The notes below the pieces were generated by a model. That model had not been told where the DNA came from. It searched no databases and saw only the letters and a list, made by a program, of their open reading frames with translations. Source: Leptolyngbyaceae cyanobacterium C42_A2020_001 (GTDB taxonomy: Bacteria; Cyanobacteriota; Cyanobacteriia; Leptolyngbyales; Leptolyngbyaceae). From it: a stretch of DNA of 64,000 bases. Positions within the stretch are counted from its first letter, which is position 1. Each line of letters begins with the position of its first letter. This document shows, one piece after another, positions 28,191 to 38,406 of this stretch. The DNA is taken from NCBI GenBank assembly GCA_015272515.1, contig JACYLN010000024.1, positions 78,073 to 142,072 on the forward strand. Direction: 5' to 3'. The position numbers and the translations under genes were made by a program.

Positions 28191-28850
28191 ATGGGGTGGA
28201 AGTTTTGGTTGTCGTGGTTTTTGAGTAACAGCCTGATCATCAGTGTCAGTTTTGCCTTGCTTGGGATGTGGGAGCAGGAAAATTTTTCACCCCGTTACTT
28301 TGCTAGAAACTCTCCGAGTACAATCAGTTGCCTCATTGTTGCAATTATGCTGGGAGGAGTGCAATGGCTAATTTTGAGAGCGTACAGGGAAGACATTTGT
28401 GAATGGTGGGTGGTAACCTACACGATTGGATTCCCTCTTAGCGCCTGCGTGAGCTTAATTCTCCATGAGTTCGCCATCTTTTCGGTTTTCAATGAACAAA
28501 CTTCTGATGCAACATGGCTCAAGTTTTTAGCTGAAAGCGGTGCAATTGGCGGTTTTGTCGGTGGGTTTGTGATTGGATTTGTTCAAGGTGTCGGCTTAGA
28601 GTTTGCAGGTTGGATTCCTATTAATGCTGTTGCTTGGGCAGCAGCATGGGCTGCTGGCTTGGTGCTTGGGCGGTTATTTGATTATATTGCTGTTAATGAC
28701 TCCCTCATTTTGGGTCGTTTACCTATACAACTTGGTTTTTTAGGACTTGGATTAGGGGTTGTGAGCAGTTTCATCACTGGGTTTGGTTTGGTCTGGCTAT
28801 CATGGCAACGTCAGCATACCTCACGTGGCGGATATTCTCCTCATCGTTAG
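28191..28850 (+). CDS. Hypothetical membrane protein
   Basis: Several Gly-rich transmembrane segments (GGVQWLILR...W). The start is uncertain (TTG 28113 or ATG 28191). Confidence 0.65.
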   Translation: MGWKFWLSWFLSNSLIISVSFALLGMWEQENFSPRYFARNSPSTISCLIVAIMLGGVQWLILRAYREDICEWWVVTYTIGFPLSACVSLILHEFAIFSVFNEQTSDATWLKFLAESGAIGGFVGGFVIGFVQGVGLEFAGWIPINAVAWAAAWAAGLVLGRLFDYIAVNDSLILGRLPIQLGFLGLGLGVVSSFITGFGLVWLSWQRQHTSRGGYSPHR

Positions 28851-28902
28851 CGATCGCAGATCTTGGTAGTTTTTGTAGTGCGATCGCGATTCAGGTTGTG
28901 AA

Positions 28903-29529
28903 TTAATTTGGAGTTGTTGATGTTGAGCGATCGCATTTTTGAGCAATGATATACACATGATTTTCAGGATATTGATCGTATTCCAGGTGGCGACAGGTGC
29001 AGTGTTGCTCAGTTAAAATTTGCAGGAATGCATCCACTCCTAAGGTGCTGTAATCGAAGTCTTGACCTTGAAATGATCCTGAAATTTCACCGTTAATTGA
29101 GCCGCCGCCACAAGTAAATATCAGCACTCCACCCGGTTCAAGCGCGTTGCATAGTTTTTTTGTCACAGGCTCCTGCTGGTTGAGCGGCAGGTGGAAAGTA
29201 CTGTCCCAGGCAGAAATTAGACTGTAGGATTTTGGTGGAATCCAGCAACAAATGTCTTCTGTGTAAAAGGTAGTGCCTGGATGCTGCTCTTTGGCTAACT
29301 GGATCATTTCCCTGGAAATATCCAACCCTTCTGCCTCAAATCCATGCTGAAGCAAAACATTGATAAAACGTCCACTGCTGCCGCATCCCACATCAAGCGC
29401 TAAATACCGCTGGGCAGTAAATTGTATGGCGCGTTTTAATTGGGCAATGCCATAGGATGAATTTTGATGCTGGCTCTGCCACCATCGTGCGATTTGGTCA
29501 TATCGAGTAGCTGTATCACGCGGTTCCAT
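28903..29529 (-). CDS. Class I SAM-dependent methyltransferase
   Basis: ALDVGCGSSG, GLDISREM, ISAWDSTFHLP, LEPGGVL. Confidence 0.88.
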   Translation of the reverse strand: MEPRDTATRYDQIARWWQSQHQNSSYGIAQLKRAIQFTAQRYLALDVGCGSSGRFINVLLQHGFEAEGLDISREMIQLAKEQHPGTTFYTEDICCWIPPKSYSLISAWDSTFHLPLNQQEPVTKKLCNALEPGGVLIFTCGGGSINGEISGSFQGQDFDYSTLGVDAFLQILTEQHCTCRHLEYDQYPENHVYIIAQKCDRSTSTTPN

Positions 29530-29610
29530 AGAAAAATTAAGTCATTGATGAAAGTGATTAAGCTTAAGTTTTGCACTTAAAGCAGACTGATTGTAGGAAA
29601 AACGATCGCA

Positions 29611-30108
29611 TCAAACGTAGGCGATCAAACACCCACAAATAATCACACCAATCCACAGCAGCCATGAAAGAAGGGCGATCGCTTGTACGTTTCGGGGAGA
29701 TTTTACACCCCGGTTCCATTGCTGAACGGTTGGATAAAACTTCCAGTGAAAGGCGATCGCGTTCATCCCAGCCACAAGAATTAAAAGGATTTTTAGACGG
29801 AAAGCCGGATTCAGCGCGATCGTGGGTGCATCGGTTGCAAACAGCAAGCAGCCAGAGAGTAAAACAATACCGAAACTCCCATAAGCCCACGGCAATAAAT
29901 GCTGCGCCAAATCTGTAACCAGGACATGCCGAGACACCCCCAGCAGTCGCAGATCAAACAGGGCAACCGAGCCAACGAAGAGGGCAATTCCCAAAATATG
30001 CACTGCCTCAACCAGCGGATATGCCCAAAGCCATTGGCGCAGCATTTCTGCCAAAGCACTATTTTTCAACCCCAAAAGCCATTCTGTACTGACGAGCGGT
30101 TTCATCAA
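29611..30108 (-). CDS. Conserved 4-TM membrane protein (DUF6644-like)
   Basis: WAYPLVEAVHILGIALFVG...DLRLLG...SGCLLF...FRLK. Its start overlaps the upstream gene stop (ATGA). Confidence 0.65.
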   Translation of the reverse strand: MMKPLVSTEWLLGLKNSALAEMLRQWLWAYPLVEAVHILGIALFVGSVALFDLRLLGVSRHVLVTDLAQHLLPWAYGSFGIVLLSGCLLFATDAPTIALNPAFRLKILLILVAGMNAIAFHWKFYPTVQQWNRGVKSPRNVQAIALLSWLLWIGVIICGCLIAYV

Positions 30109-30494
30109 CGTAGTTCTACTGTTTTTTGACCAACGGTAATCCGTTCTGCTCGCATCTCACGCTGATCAGATTGATGTGGATACCCAACCAGCCGAACCGT
30201 TTCCCCAACCTTGAGAGCATTTTCAGGCAATCCTCGCCGCTGCATCCGCGAGGGTGGAGCCAACACAGCCGTCCACACCTTCTTGTCCGAAGCTTCTAAT
30301 TCAATCACAGTATGGGGATTGTCGTAGCGAATACTACGAATTTTTCCAGTGAGATTAAGCGTTTGCTTGTCGTTATACTCACTCCAGCCGTGATGCGCGA
30401 TCGCTGGAGGAGTGGCTGTAATTGTTGCCGTCATAGTTGACGCGGCTAAAATCGCGATCACTGTGACAAAGTGCATCAATCTTTTGTACTGCAT
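30105..30494 (-). CDS. Secreted protein (DUF6152-like)
   Basis: Signal peptide, AHHGWSEY, then RYDNPH...LAPPSRM...VGYP...MRAERI. Confidence 0.7.
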   Translation of the reverse strand: MQYKRLMHFVTVIAILAASTMTATITATPPAIAHHGWSEYNDKQTLNLTGKIRSIRYDNPHTVIELEASDKKVWTAVLAPPSRMQRRGLPENALKVGETVRLVGYPHQSDQREMRAERITVGQKTVELR

Positions 30495-30635
30495 TGGTTG
30501 AGTCTCCTATCTACCATTGACGCTAATTAACCCACTTTAGGCAGAGATGATTTGCTGCTTCAGGAAGAGGCAAGTTGTGCAACGATTTTAGACAATAAAA
30601 ACTGACGAAAACACTTGTGAAATTGGGTTGACGTT

Positions 30636-30815
30636 ATGACATTACTGCGTTTTGTATTGGGTGTTTTGGTGCCGCCAGTAGGAGTTTTTCTAACCTATGG
30701 TGTAGGCACTACTCTGTTGATTAATATTCTCTTAACAATTTTGGGTTGGATTCCTGGTAGCATTCATGCCGTCTGGGCGATCGCAAAGCATGAAGAAAGA
30801 ATGGCTCAGATTTAG
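30636..30815 (+). CDS. YqaE/Pmp3 family small membrane protein (absent from the supplied ORF track)
   Basis: Manual translation MTLLRFVLGVLVPPVGVFLTYGVGTTLLINILLTILGWIPGSIHAVWAIAKHEERMAQI* (59 aa). Confidence 0.9.
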   Translation: MTLLRFVLGVLVPPVGVFLTYGVGTTLLINILLTILGWIPGSIHAVWAIAKHEERMAQI

Positions 30816-30819
30816 CAGG

Positions 30820-31533
30820 TTAACTAATCAATCCAGAGCGCAAAGCTAAAACGGCTGCCTGGGTGCGGTCATCAGCACAGAGCTTATTCAAAATATTGCG
30901 AACGTGCGTTTTAACAGTGCCGAGCGAGATGAAAAGTTTGTCAGCGATCGCGGCATTGCTATAGCCATCCACGATTAGCTGTAAAATTTCTAACTCTCGT
31001 TCGGTAAGCGGGGCTTCGCCAATGATTTGCTCCATTTCTGGCTGAACTGAGCCAATCGCAATGGTTTTCGTTTTGTCAGACGTGGGGGGAGTCGTTTGAC
31101 GAACTTTTTGTAATACGATATTGGCAATGATAGGGTCAATCCAGGAATTGCCTTCAGAGGTCGTTCGCAGGGCTTCGGTCAGGCGTTCAATGCTGATATC
31201 TTTCATACAGTAAGAGTCTGCACCCGCCGCAAAAGCCGCCAGAACAGATTCTTCGTTTTCGTGCATCGTCAGAATCAGAATTCTTGTAGGAGTTTTTTCA
31301 GCGGTTGCCTGGAACTCGCGAATTTTTCGCGTTAGCTCAATGCCATCCATGTCTGGTAAGCCGATATCTACAATGGCAACATCAGGATGAGCCGTCTTCA
31401 CCAGCTCAAATCCCTGTGTGGCTGTAGCGGCTTCACCAGCCACCTCAATGCCATTAACTCGTTGGAGTGCTGTCCGCAATCCAATTCGGGTCAAGTCGTG
31501 ATCCTCAATTAAGATGATGCGAGTGGTTGTCAT
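30820..31533 (-). CDS. NarL/FixJ-family response regulator (REC plus LuxR HTH)
   Basis: IILIEDH, AIVDIGLP (phospho-Asp), LTERELEILQL...TVKTHVRNILNKL. Confidence 0.95.
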   Translation of the reverse strand: MTTTRIILIEDHDLTRIGLRTALQRVNGIEVAGEAATATQGFELVKTAHPDVAIVDIGLPDMDGIELTRKIREFQATAEKTPTRILILTMHENEESVLAAFAAGADSYCMKDISIERLTEALRTTSEGNSWIDPIIANIVLQKVRQTTPPTSDKTKTIAIGSVQPEMEQIIGEAPLTERELEILQLIVDGYSNAAIADKLFISLGTVKTHVRNILNKLCADDRTQAAVLALRSGLIS

Positions 31534-31677
31534 AATGTAAGGCTAGTCACCCCTCATGAGTCACGCTGATAAGTTTGCTAAAGTGATCATCTTAGATGAG
31601 AATCAACCGTTTCAGCAAAACCAGTATGACAGTAAAAATCTGTACATAGTGTTTAGGCTGTAGCATTAGGGTGATCC

Positions 31678-33504
31678 GTGAAACGACACATTACTAAACG
31701 TTCTCTGATGAAACGGGTTCAACTGGCTTGGACCAGGCTCCCAGTGCGATACCAGGGGGCAGTTGTTGTCGCGATTCCAGCCGCCTGTTTGCTGATTACG
31801 TTGGGATCATGGGTATGGTCGCGGGAGGCACTCCTGGCAATTCGTCGGAACATTGAATCTGTTCAAGAAACGATCGCTGCTAGTGAAACAATCTTAGTTC
31901 AAAACGTCAACGCTGAAACCGGGGTACGTAGTTATATCATCACCCGCAATCCTAGCTTTTTGGAGCCTTATCGATTTGCCCAAGCGCAGATAGCTTCAAG
32001 GTTGCAAACGCTGGAACAGAAATTAAGTCAACAACCCAATCCCCCCGTTGCTTTGCAGTCTATTAAGCAACTGACTCAACAAAATATGGCAGTTTCGCAG
32101 CAAGCTGTGGAGATCGCTTCTGCCCAAGCAGCGAACAGCCCAACGGCTGAGTTGAATCGAGTTGTTTACGAAAGTAAAGCCACGATGGATGCGCTACGCC
32201 AGTCGGTTGCTGAGTTTCAAGCCAAAGAACGACAAATCCTCGATCAGTACATTCAACAACGCACTCAAGTTCAGGATGCCACAGCGGCAGCTCTCTGGTT
32301 TACAGGAATTATTAGCGCTTTGGGGTCTTGGGCAGCGATTTATCTTTTTATCCAGGTAGACAAAGACCTGAGCGATCGCGAACATCGGCTGCGAGAAAGT
32401 AAATCCTTGCTACACGCGATTACCGCTAGCGTGGTAGACGGTGTAATTACAGTGGATGAACAAGGCAATATTGATATTTTCAACCCTACCGCTTCAACAA
32501 TGTTTGGCTACGCTCCCAGAGAAGTGGTTGGCAAAAACTTAGACTTATTGCTGGCAGAAACCGACTTGGAGCATATCGAAAAACATTTAGAAACGGCGAT
32601 TCAAACCAGGGGTACCTGGGAAACGGTCGGGCTGCGGAGCGATGGTTCAACATTTCCCATTTCTGTGTCGATTAGTGATGTGCGGTTGGATGATCACCGT
32701 CTCATTGCCATTGTGCGTGATATGAGCGAGGTTCAACAAACTCAGGAAAAGTTAGAGTCTCGTGCGAATGAGTTGGCTCGGTTATCTGCAATCTTGGCGC
32801 AAACCAATACCGTGTTAGAAGACCGCAACCGAGAGTTAGAACAGTTTGCCTATGTCGCTTCCCATGATTTGAAAGCACCCCTTAGAGCGATCGCCCATCT
32901 CTCGGAGTGGATTGAGGAAGATTTACAAGGAGATTTGCCGCCCGAAAACCAAAAGCAAATGCAACTGTTGCGGGGACGGGTGCATCGCATGGAAGCCTTG
33001 ATTAATGGCTTATTAGAATATTCTCGGATTGGGCGCGTCAAAACTTCTATCGAAACAATCTCGCTCACAAAATTATTAGCCGAAATTGTTGACTCGCTCG
33101 CTCCCCCTTCCACTTTTGCTATTCACATCTCTCCTGAATTGCCCACTTTTAAAGCGAAAGTGCTTCCATTGCGGCAAGTGTTCGCTAACCTAATTGGCAA
33201 TGCCATCAAGCATCACGATAAGGACGCAGGGCATATTCAAATTTCGGTGAAAGACTTAGGTACATTTTACGAATTTGCTGTTGCGGATGATGGTCCTGGC
33301 ATCCATCCCGATTTCCACCAAAAAATCTTTACTATTTTTCAAACATTACAAGCCCGTGACACAAAAGAAAGTACGGGAATTGGTCTTTCGATTGTCAAAA
33401 AGATTGTTGAAACAGAAGGCGGAACCATTCGAGTAGAATCTCAGGAAGGTCAAGGGTCCACATTTTACTTCACCTGGTTAAAAACTCCATTCGTTGACGG
33501 ATAA
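31678..33504 (+). CDS. Sensor histidine kinase (CHASE3-PAS-HisKA-HATPase)
   Basis: NAETGVRSYI (CHASE3), PAS (FNPTASTMFGY), H-box FAYVASHDLKAPL, NLIGNAIK, DDGPG, GIGL. Divergent from the response regulator. Confidence 0.93.
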   Translation: MKRHITKRSLMKRVQLAWTRLPVRYQGAVVVAIPAACLLITLGSWVWSREALLAIRRNIESVQETIAASETILVQNVNAETGVRSYIITRNPSFLEPYRFAQAQIASRLQTLEQKLSQQPNPPVALQSIKQLTQQNMAVSQQAVEIASAQAANSPTAELNRVVYESKATMDALRQSVAEFQAKERQILDQYIQQRTQVQDATAAALWFTGIISALGSWAAIYLFIQVDKDLSDREHRLRESKSLLHAITASVVDGVITVDEQGNIDIFNPTASTMFGYAPREVVGKNLDLLLAETDLEHIEKHLETAIQTRGTWETVGLRSDGSTFPISVSISDVRLDDHRLIAIVRDMSEVQQTQEKLESRANELARLSAILAQTNTVLEDRNRELEQFAYVASHDLKAPLRAIAHLSEWIEEDLQGDLPPENQKQMQLLRGRVHRMEALINGLLEYSRIGRVKTSIETISLTKLLAEIVDSLAPPSTFAIHISPELPTFKAKVLPLRQVFANLIGNAIKHHDKDAGHIQISVKDLGTFYEFAVADDGPGIHPDFHQKIFTIFQTLQARDTKESTGIGLSIVKKIVETEGGTIRVESQEGQGSTFYFTWLKTPFVDG

Positions 33505-33680
33505 TCAGAAAAATGAGGTCTAGGCTGATGCCTGACCTCGTTCTGCTCCAGTAATGATTCATCGGGACGGAACTCAAGTTTTATGCAAACAGTGTTCTGA
33601 ATTTGAGCAATGTTGGGTGAAGCCCTTTTTTAAGCGATTGGATAAGATTGCTTCAGAGTTCACAATCGGGATGGCAGACG

Positions 33681-34814
33681 ATGCAGTGGAGCACTGTTGG
33701 CAAATGGACGTTGCAATGGGTGGGTGTGGTTGTTGGTTTGAGCCTGCTGAGTGCTGGGGAAAGCGCGATCGCCCAGACTGCCCAGAACGCTCAAAACCCT
33801 GCGCCTGAATCTGCCAAATCTTTCGTTGAGTGGTGCTCTCAGCAGGCAACGCTGGAACCTGAAACTAGGCAAACGGTGGAGTTGTTGCTGGCGATCGCTG
33901 GAGCAAGCAACTGTCAGCAAGCCGAAACTACCCTCGCTAACACCACTAACCTCGTACTCTCCCACAGCAACATTGCCGATTTGCGTCCCCTCGCTACCTT
34001 CAAAAAACTGGAAGTATTATTGCTTAGCAACAACCGGATCAAAGATATTCGCCCTCTGCGTGACTTAACCAACCTCAGACTGCTAACACTAGATACCAAT
34101 CAGGTAGCTGACATTACGCCACTCTCCACACTGACCAATCTTGAAGTCTTAGCGCTCGACACCAACCAAATTAAAGACTTACAGCCGTTACAATCCCTCA
34201 CAAAACTGACCAGCCTGCTGCTGTATAGCAATCAGATCTCTGATCTTAGCCCGCTGGCAGCCCTCAAAAATCTTCAAGCACTTTCGCTCTATCAAAATCA
34301 AATTTCCGATCTCAGCCCCTTGTCTTCTCTACAAAATCTTCAGGTGCTTTCGCTCTATAGCAATCAGATTTCTGATCTTAGCCCGCTGGCAGCCCTCACT
34401 CAGCTTAGAACTCTTGCTCTGTTTGAAAATCAAATTTCTGATCTTGGCCCGCTGGCAGCCCTCAAAAACCTGGAAACACTAACGCTGTTTGAGAATAAAA
34501 TTACAGACCTGACCCCGCTCAGCCAACTCAACAACCTGAATGAATTAATCATTGGCAATAACCCGATCGCTGATTTGAAACCGCTCAGTCAACTCAAAAA
34601 ACTGCAAAAATTGGCACTCTTTAATACTCAGGTTGTTGATGTTAGCCCATTAAAAACCTCAGCCAATTTAACTAATCTCGATCTGTACAATACCCGCGTT
34701 GCTGATGTTAGCGCCTTGAAAACGATGATGAATTTGAAAGAACTCGATCTCCGCAAAACTCCACTCAAGCAAAAAGTTTGCCCGGTTCAACCTGCTTCCG
34801 TTTGCCGATTTTGA
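33681..34814 (+). CDS. Secreted leucine-rich repeat (internalin-like) protein
   Basis: Signal peptide and about eleven 22-aa LxxLxLxxNxIxDLxPL repeats. Confidence 0.92.
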   Translation: MQWSTVGKWTLQWVGVVVGLSLLSAGESAIAQTAQNAQNPAPESAKSFVEWCSQQATLEPETRQTVELLLAIAGASNCQQAETTLANTTNLVLSHSNIADLRPLATFKKLEVLLLSNNRIKDIRPLRDLTNLRLLTLDTNQVADITPLSTLTNLEVLALDTNQIKDLQPLQSLTKLTSLLLYSNQISDLSPLAALKNLQALSLYQNQISDLSPLSSLQNLQVLSLYSNQISDLSPLAALTQLRTLALFENQISDLGPLAALKNLETLTLFENKITDLTPLSQLNNLNELIIGNNPIADLKPLSQLKKLQKLALFNTQVVDVSPLKTSANLTNLDLYNTRVADVSALKTMMNLKELDLRKTPLKQKVCPVQPASVCRF

Positions 34815-34896
34815 ATAAACGGGACGCAGATGTGGTCAAATAATATCTGCAAATAATTTTTGCTTTAATAAACTCTGCACCAAAGCATTTGTGAAT

Positions 34897-36105
34897 ATGA
34901 AAACCCACCGCCGTTCTGTTTTAATGTCTGCCCTGGCGATCGCGCTTGCTGCCTGTAGTTCATCTCCCAACCCTGGTACCACTGGCACACCAAGCACAGG
35001 CACCTCAAGCAACGCGATTCCCATTGGTATTGGGGTTGCTCAAACCAGTAACGTGGCGCTGTTGGGACAAGAGCAAGTCGCTGGAGCTAAAATTGCCGAA
35101 AAGTATTTTAACGATAGGGGCGGAATTAACGGAACGCCAATCAAACTCATCTTTCAAGACACTGCTGGGGATGAAGCAGGAGCAATCAACGCGTTTCAAA
35201 CATTAATTACTCAAAACAAAGTCGTTGGGATTGTGGGACCAACGCTGTCGCAGCAGGCATTTAGCGCCAGTCCGATCGCCGATCGCGCCAAAGTTCCGGT
35301 ACTGGGACCTTCCAATACAGCCAAAGGCATTCCGCAAATTGGGGACTTTGTAGCGCGAGTATCAGCTCCGGTTTCGGTGGTTGCTCCCAACTCTGTAGAA
35401 GCCGCTTTAAAGATAAATCCCAACATCAAAACCGTTGCGGTTTTCTACGCTCAGAATGATGCATTTAGTAAATCAGAAACGGAAATCTTTCAGCAAACAG
35501 TAAAAGACAAAAAACTGAATTTAGTCACCGTCCAAAAATTTCAAACGACGGATACTGATTTTCAAACCCAGGCGACCGCTGCTCTAAACCTTAAACCGGA
35601 TTTGATCATCATTTCTGGACTGGCGGCAGATGGCGGCAATTTGATTCGCCAGTTGCGTGAACTCGGCTACAAAGGAACGCTCATTGGTGGCAACGGACTT
35701 AATACCTCCAATGTGTTTGCCGTGTGCAAACAGCTTTGTGATGGGGTGTTAATTGCCCAGGCATACAATCCGGAACAAGCAGGGGAAGTTAACAAAGCGT
35801 TCCGAGATGCTTATGTGAATCAGTACAAGAAAGAGCCGCCCCAGTTTAGTGCTCAGGCATTTACCGGGGTTCAGGTATTTGTAGAAGCGCTACAAGCGAT
35901 CGACAAAACCTCAAAAGTAGCTCAAAAACCCCTACCCGATCTCCGAGTTGCGCTCAATGAGCAACTGCTGAAAGGAAAATACAACACCCCCCTGGGTGAA
36001 ATTGCTTTTACGCCCGAAGGTGAAATTGTGCAGAACCAATTTTACGTAGCTCAAATTAAGATGAACCCGGATGGTAGTGATGGCAAGTTTACCTTTTTAA
36101 AGTGA
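34897..36105 (+). CDS. Branched-chain/neutral amino acid ABC transporter substrate-binding lipoprotein (LivJ-like)
   Basis: Lipobox LAAC, NDRGGINGTPIKLIFQD, VVGIVGPTLS. Confidence 0.9.
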   Translation: MKTHRRSVLMSALAIALAACSSSPNPGTTGTPSTGTSSNAIPIGIGVAQTSNVALLGQEQVAGAKIAEKYFNDRGGINGTPIKLIFQDTAGDEAGAINAFQTLITQNKVVGIVGPTLSQQAFSASPIADRAKVPVLGPSNTAKGIPQIGDFVARVSAPVSVVAPNSVEAALKINPNIKTVAVFYAQNDAFSKSETEIFQQTVKDKKLNLVTVQKFQTTDTDFQTQATAALNLKPDLIIISGLAADGGNLIRQLRELGYKGTLIGGNGLNTSNVFAVCKQLCDGVLIAQAYNPEQAGEVNKAFRDAYVNQYKKEPPQFSAQAFTGVQVFVEALQAIDKTSKVAQKPLPDLRVALNEQLLKGKYNTPLGEIAFTPEGEIVQNQFYVAQIKMNPDGSDGKFTFLK

Positions 36106-36156
36106 GTTCGTGTCATTCATAATTAACTAAGCATTCGCGATCGCTCCCTTATTACA

Positions 36157-37059
36157 ATGCTTCAATTTCATCCGCTGGGAATGGGGCAGCAAGTGGTAGA
36201 AACGACCCTCGGTACAATGGTGGTCTACGTACCAGTTGGAGATCCCTGGAAACTGCCACCCACTAATGCACAACCGCTCCTGTTTTTGCACAATTTTGGG
36301 GGTGGGGCATCCGCCTACGAATGGTCAAAGGTCTATCCCGCCTTCATCGACTCTTACCGGGTGCTGGCTCCCGATTTGCTTGGGTGGGGGCAATCCGATC
36401 ATCCCGTGCGCGATTATCAGGTGGATGATTATCTCACCACCCTTACAGAGTTAATTGAGAAAACGTGTACACAGCCTGTGGTCGCGATCGCTAGTTCCCT
36501 CACAGGCGCGATCGTCGTTCGGTTAGCAATTCAGCGTCCAGAGTTGTTTAAAGCCTTATTTCTCGTGTGCCCCTCTGGATTTGCTGATTTTGGCCAGGAT
36601 GCCGGACGGCGTTTACCGCTGCAAATGATTGGCACACCGTTGCTTGACCAGTTGATTTACAGTTTGGGAGCGATGAATGAGCTATCGGTTCGCAATTTTC
36701 TAGAGCGCTTTTTGTTTGCCGATCGAGATCGTGTCTCCCAGGAAATGGTGCAGGCATACCTGGAATCAGCCACTCAACCAAACGCTCAGTATGCAGCGCT
36801 GGCGTTTTTGCGAGGAGATTTGTATTTTGACCTTGCCAGTTACCTGCCGCAACTCGCTGTGCCAACCGCGATCGCTTGGGGTGAAAATGCCCAATTTGTC
36901 GATGCCGCTTTGGGGCAACGGTTAGCCCGTTTGAACCCCACGGCTATCGAGATATTTGTTCAAATCGCGGAGGCAGGCGTGTTGCCGCAGCTAGAACAAT
37001 CTGCCTTAATCGTTGCCTTATTGAGCGAGTTTCTCCGGTTTGACAGCAATACACATTAA
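36157..37059 (+). CDS. Alpha/beta fold hydrolase
   Basis: FLHNFGGG, APDLLGWGQSD, nucleophile elbow ASSLTG. Confidence 0.85.
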   Translation: MLQFHPLGMGQQVVETTLGTMVVYVPVGDPWKLPPTNAQPLLFLHNFGGGASAYEWSKVYPAFIDSYRVLAPDLLGWGQSDHPVRDYQVDDYLTTLTELIEKTCTQPVVAIASSLTGAIVVRLAIQRPELFKALFLVCPSGFADFGQDAGRRLPLQMIGTPLLDQLIYSLGAMNELSVRNFLERFLFADRDRVSQEMVQAYLESATQPNAQYAALAFLRGDLYFDLASYLPQLAVPTAIAWGENAQFVDAALGQRLARLNPTAIEIFVQIAEAGVLPQLEQSALIVALLSEFLRFDSNTH

Positions 37060-37916
37060 CGACAGCGCCGATTCTGGTGAATTGGGATTGATTCCAGACA
37101 GCAGTTGCCCAATGCGGTACCGCCAATGGGGCGGCTCACCGCGATCGCCCTCCAGTGCCTTTGCTCCAATGGCGTTGTTGTGTGGGTAAACCTTGACCGA
37201 AAAACCCAACGACTCCAACGTTTTATAAAAAAACTCCTGCGTTACGCCATGCCCCGGTTTGTGATGAACTTCCGTAGCTAACGCTTTGATTCGCTCCTCG
37301 TAAGGAACGTGCAAATTGCGAAGGAGAAACCGATAAATGACTCCCAACCGAATTTGATACAGTAACAACCCAAATCCTTTGTAATTCCAGGCGGAAAGCT
37401 GCGGATCGTGATCAATAACCAGCACTCCACCAGGTTTCACCAGGCGAGCACACTCTACCAATACTTTCTCCATATCAGTGCAATGATGTAGCGTTGCATT
37501 CACCGCAACAACATCGGCAAAATCCGACTTTAATGGCAAATTGTGGGCATCTGCTAACAAAGGAACATAACCGTTCTGCTCCGCTATTTTTAACGCCCCT
37601 TCTGCTACATCAATTCCAATTAATAACTTGGGTGTGCCCCTAAATTGGCAAATAAATTGCCTGGACCACATCCAACATCCACCACAATTTTGTCATCCCA
37701 GGTTCCTGTTGCTGCCAGCCAGCGCTCTCTAAAATGGGCACCTCGATGACAGGCTTCAAAATAGGTTTTTACCCACTCGGGATGACTAAAATAGAAACTG
37801 TTTGCTTCTATTTCAGGTGTTTTAGAAATTGGATGAACTGGAATTGCGTGACTGAAATTCACATCCTGGTTGGATGCAATCAATGGTTGCAAAATGGATC
37901 GGTAGTTGGTGTACAT
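37018..37916 (-). pseudogene. Class I SAM methyltransferase split by a single-base frameshift (pseudogene or sequencing error)
   Basis: Upstream frame VVDVGCGPGNLFANLG continues as GTPKLLIGIDVA only if one G is added to the run TTAGGGGCAC (plus-strand CCCC at 37637-37640). Confidence 0.8.
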
Positions 37917-38406
37917 TGATAGTCTTGTCGATGGCTTTTCTAACTGCAAACAATGTGTTGCTTTTGCATACGCGAAAGCGGTGCAAAAGACCCCAAGCGT
38001 TCAAATGCACGACAATTAATCAAAGCGAAACAACCAAGATCAAGATTTACAAGTTGGGTCAGAGAGTTTAGGACGGAGCAAACTGCTAAAATGCCCAGTT
38101 TTGTTAAACTTTCTGAACGACTTTACGAGTAAGGCAAGACAATTCACAGAAGATACTTGGAGATGCTTGCAGGCTTAGTGAAGTATGAAACTTAACATCA
38201 ACATGGGATGACACTAACGCGAACTCACTCTACAAGTAGTGCAGCCTACCTACTGATTTGTGTAAAAGACTTGATCGAATTGAATATAGATTACGTGTAA
38301 TTCTACTGAGTAGTTCATAAAGTTTGAATAAAGTTCTATGAATAATGAATGAAGTATAGTTTTGTAAAGACTAAAAACTAACTAAAGACCTGTTTTTAGG
38401 TGAATA

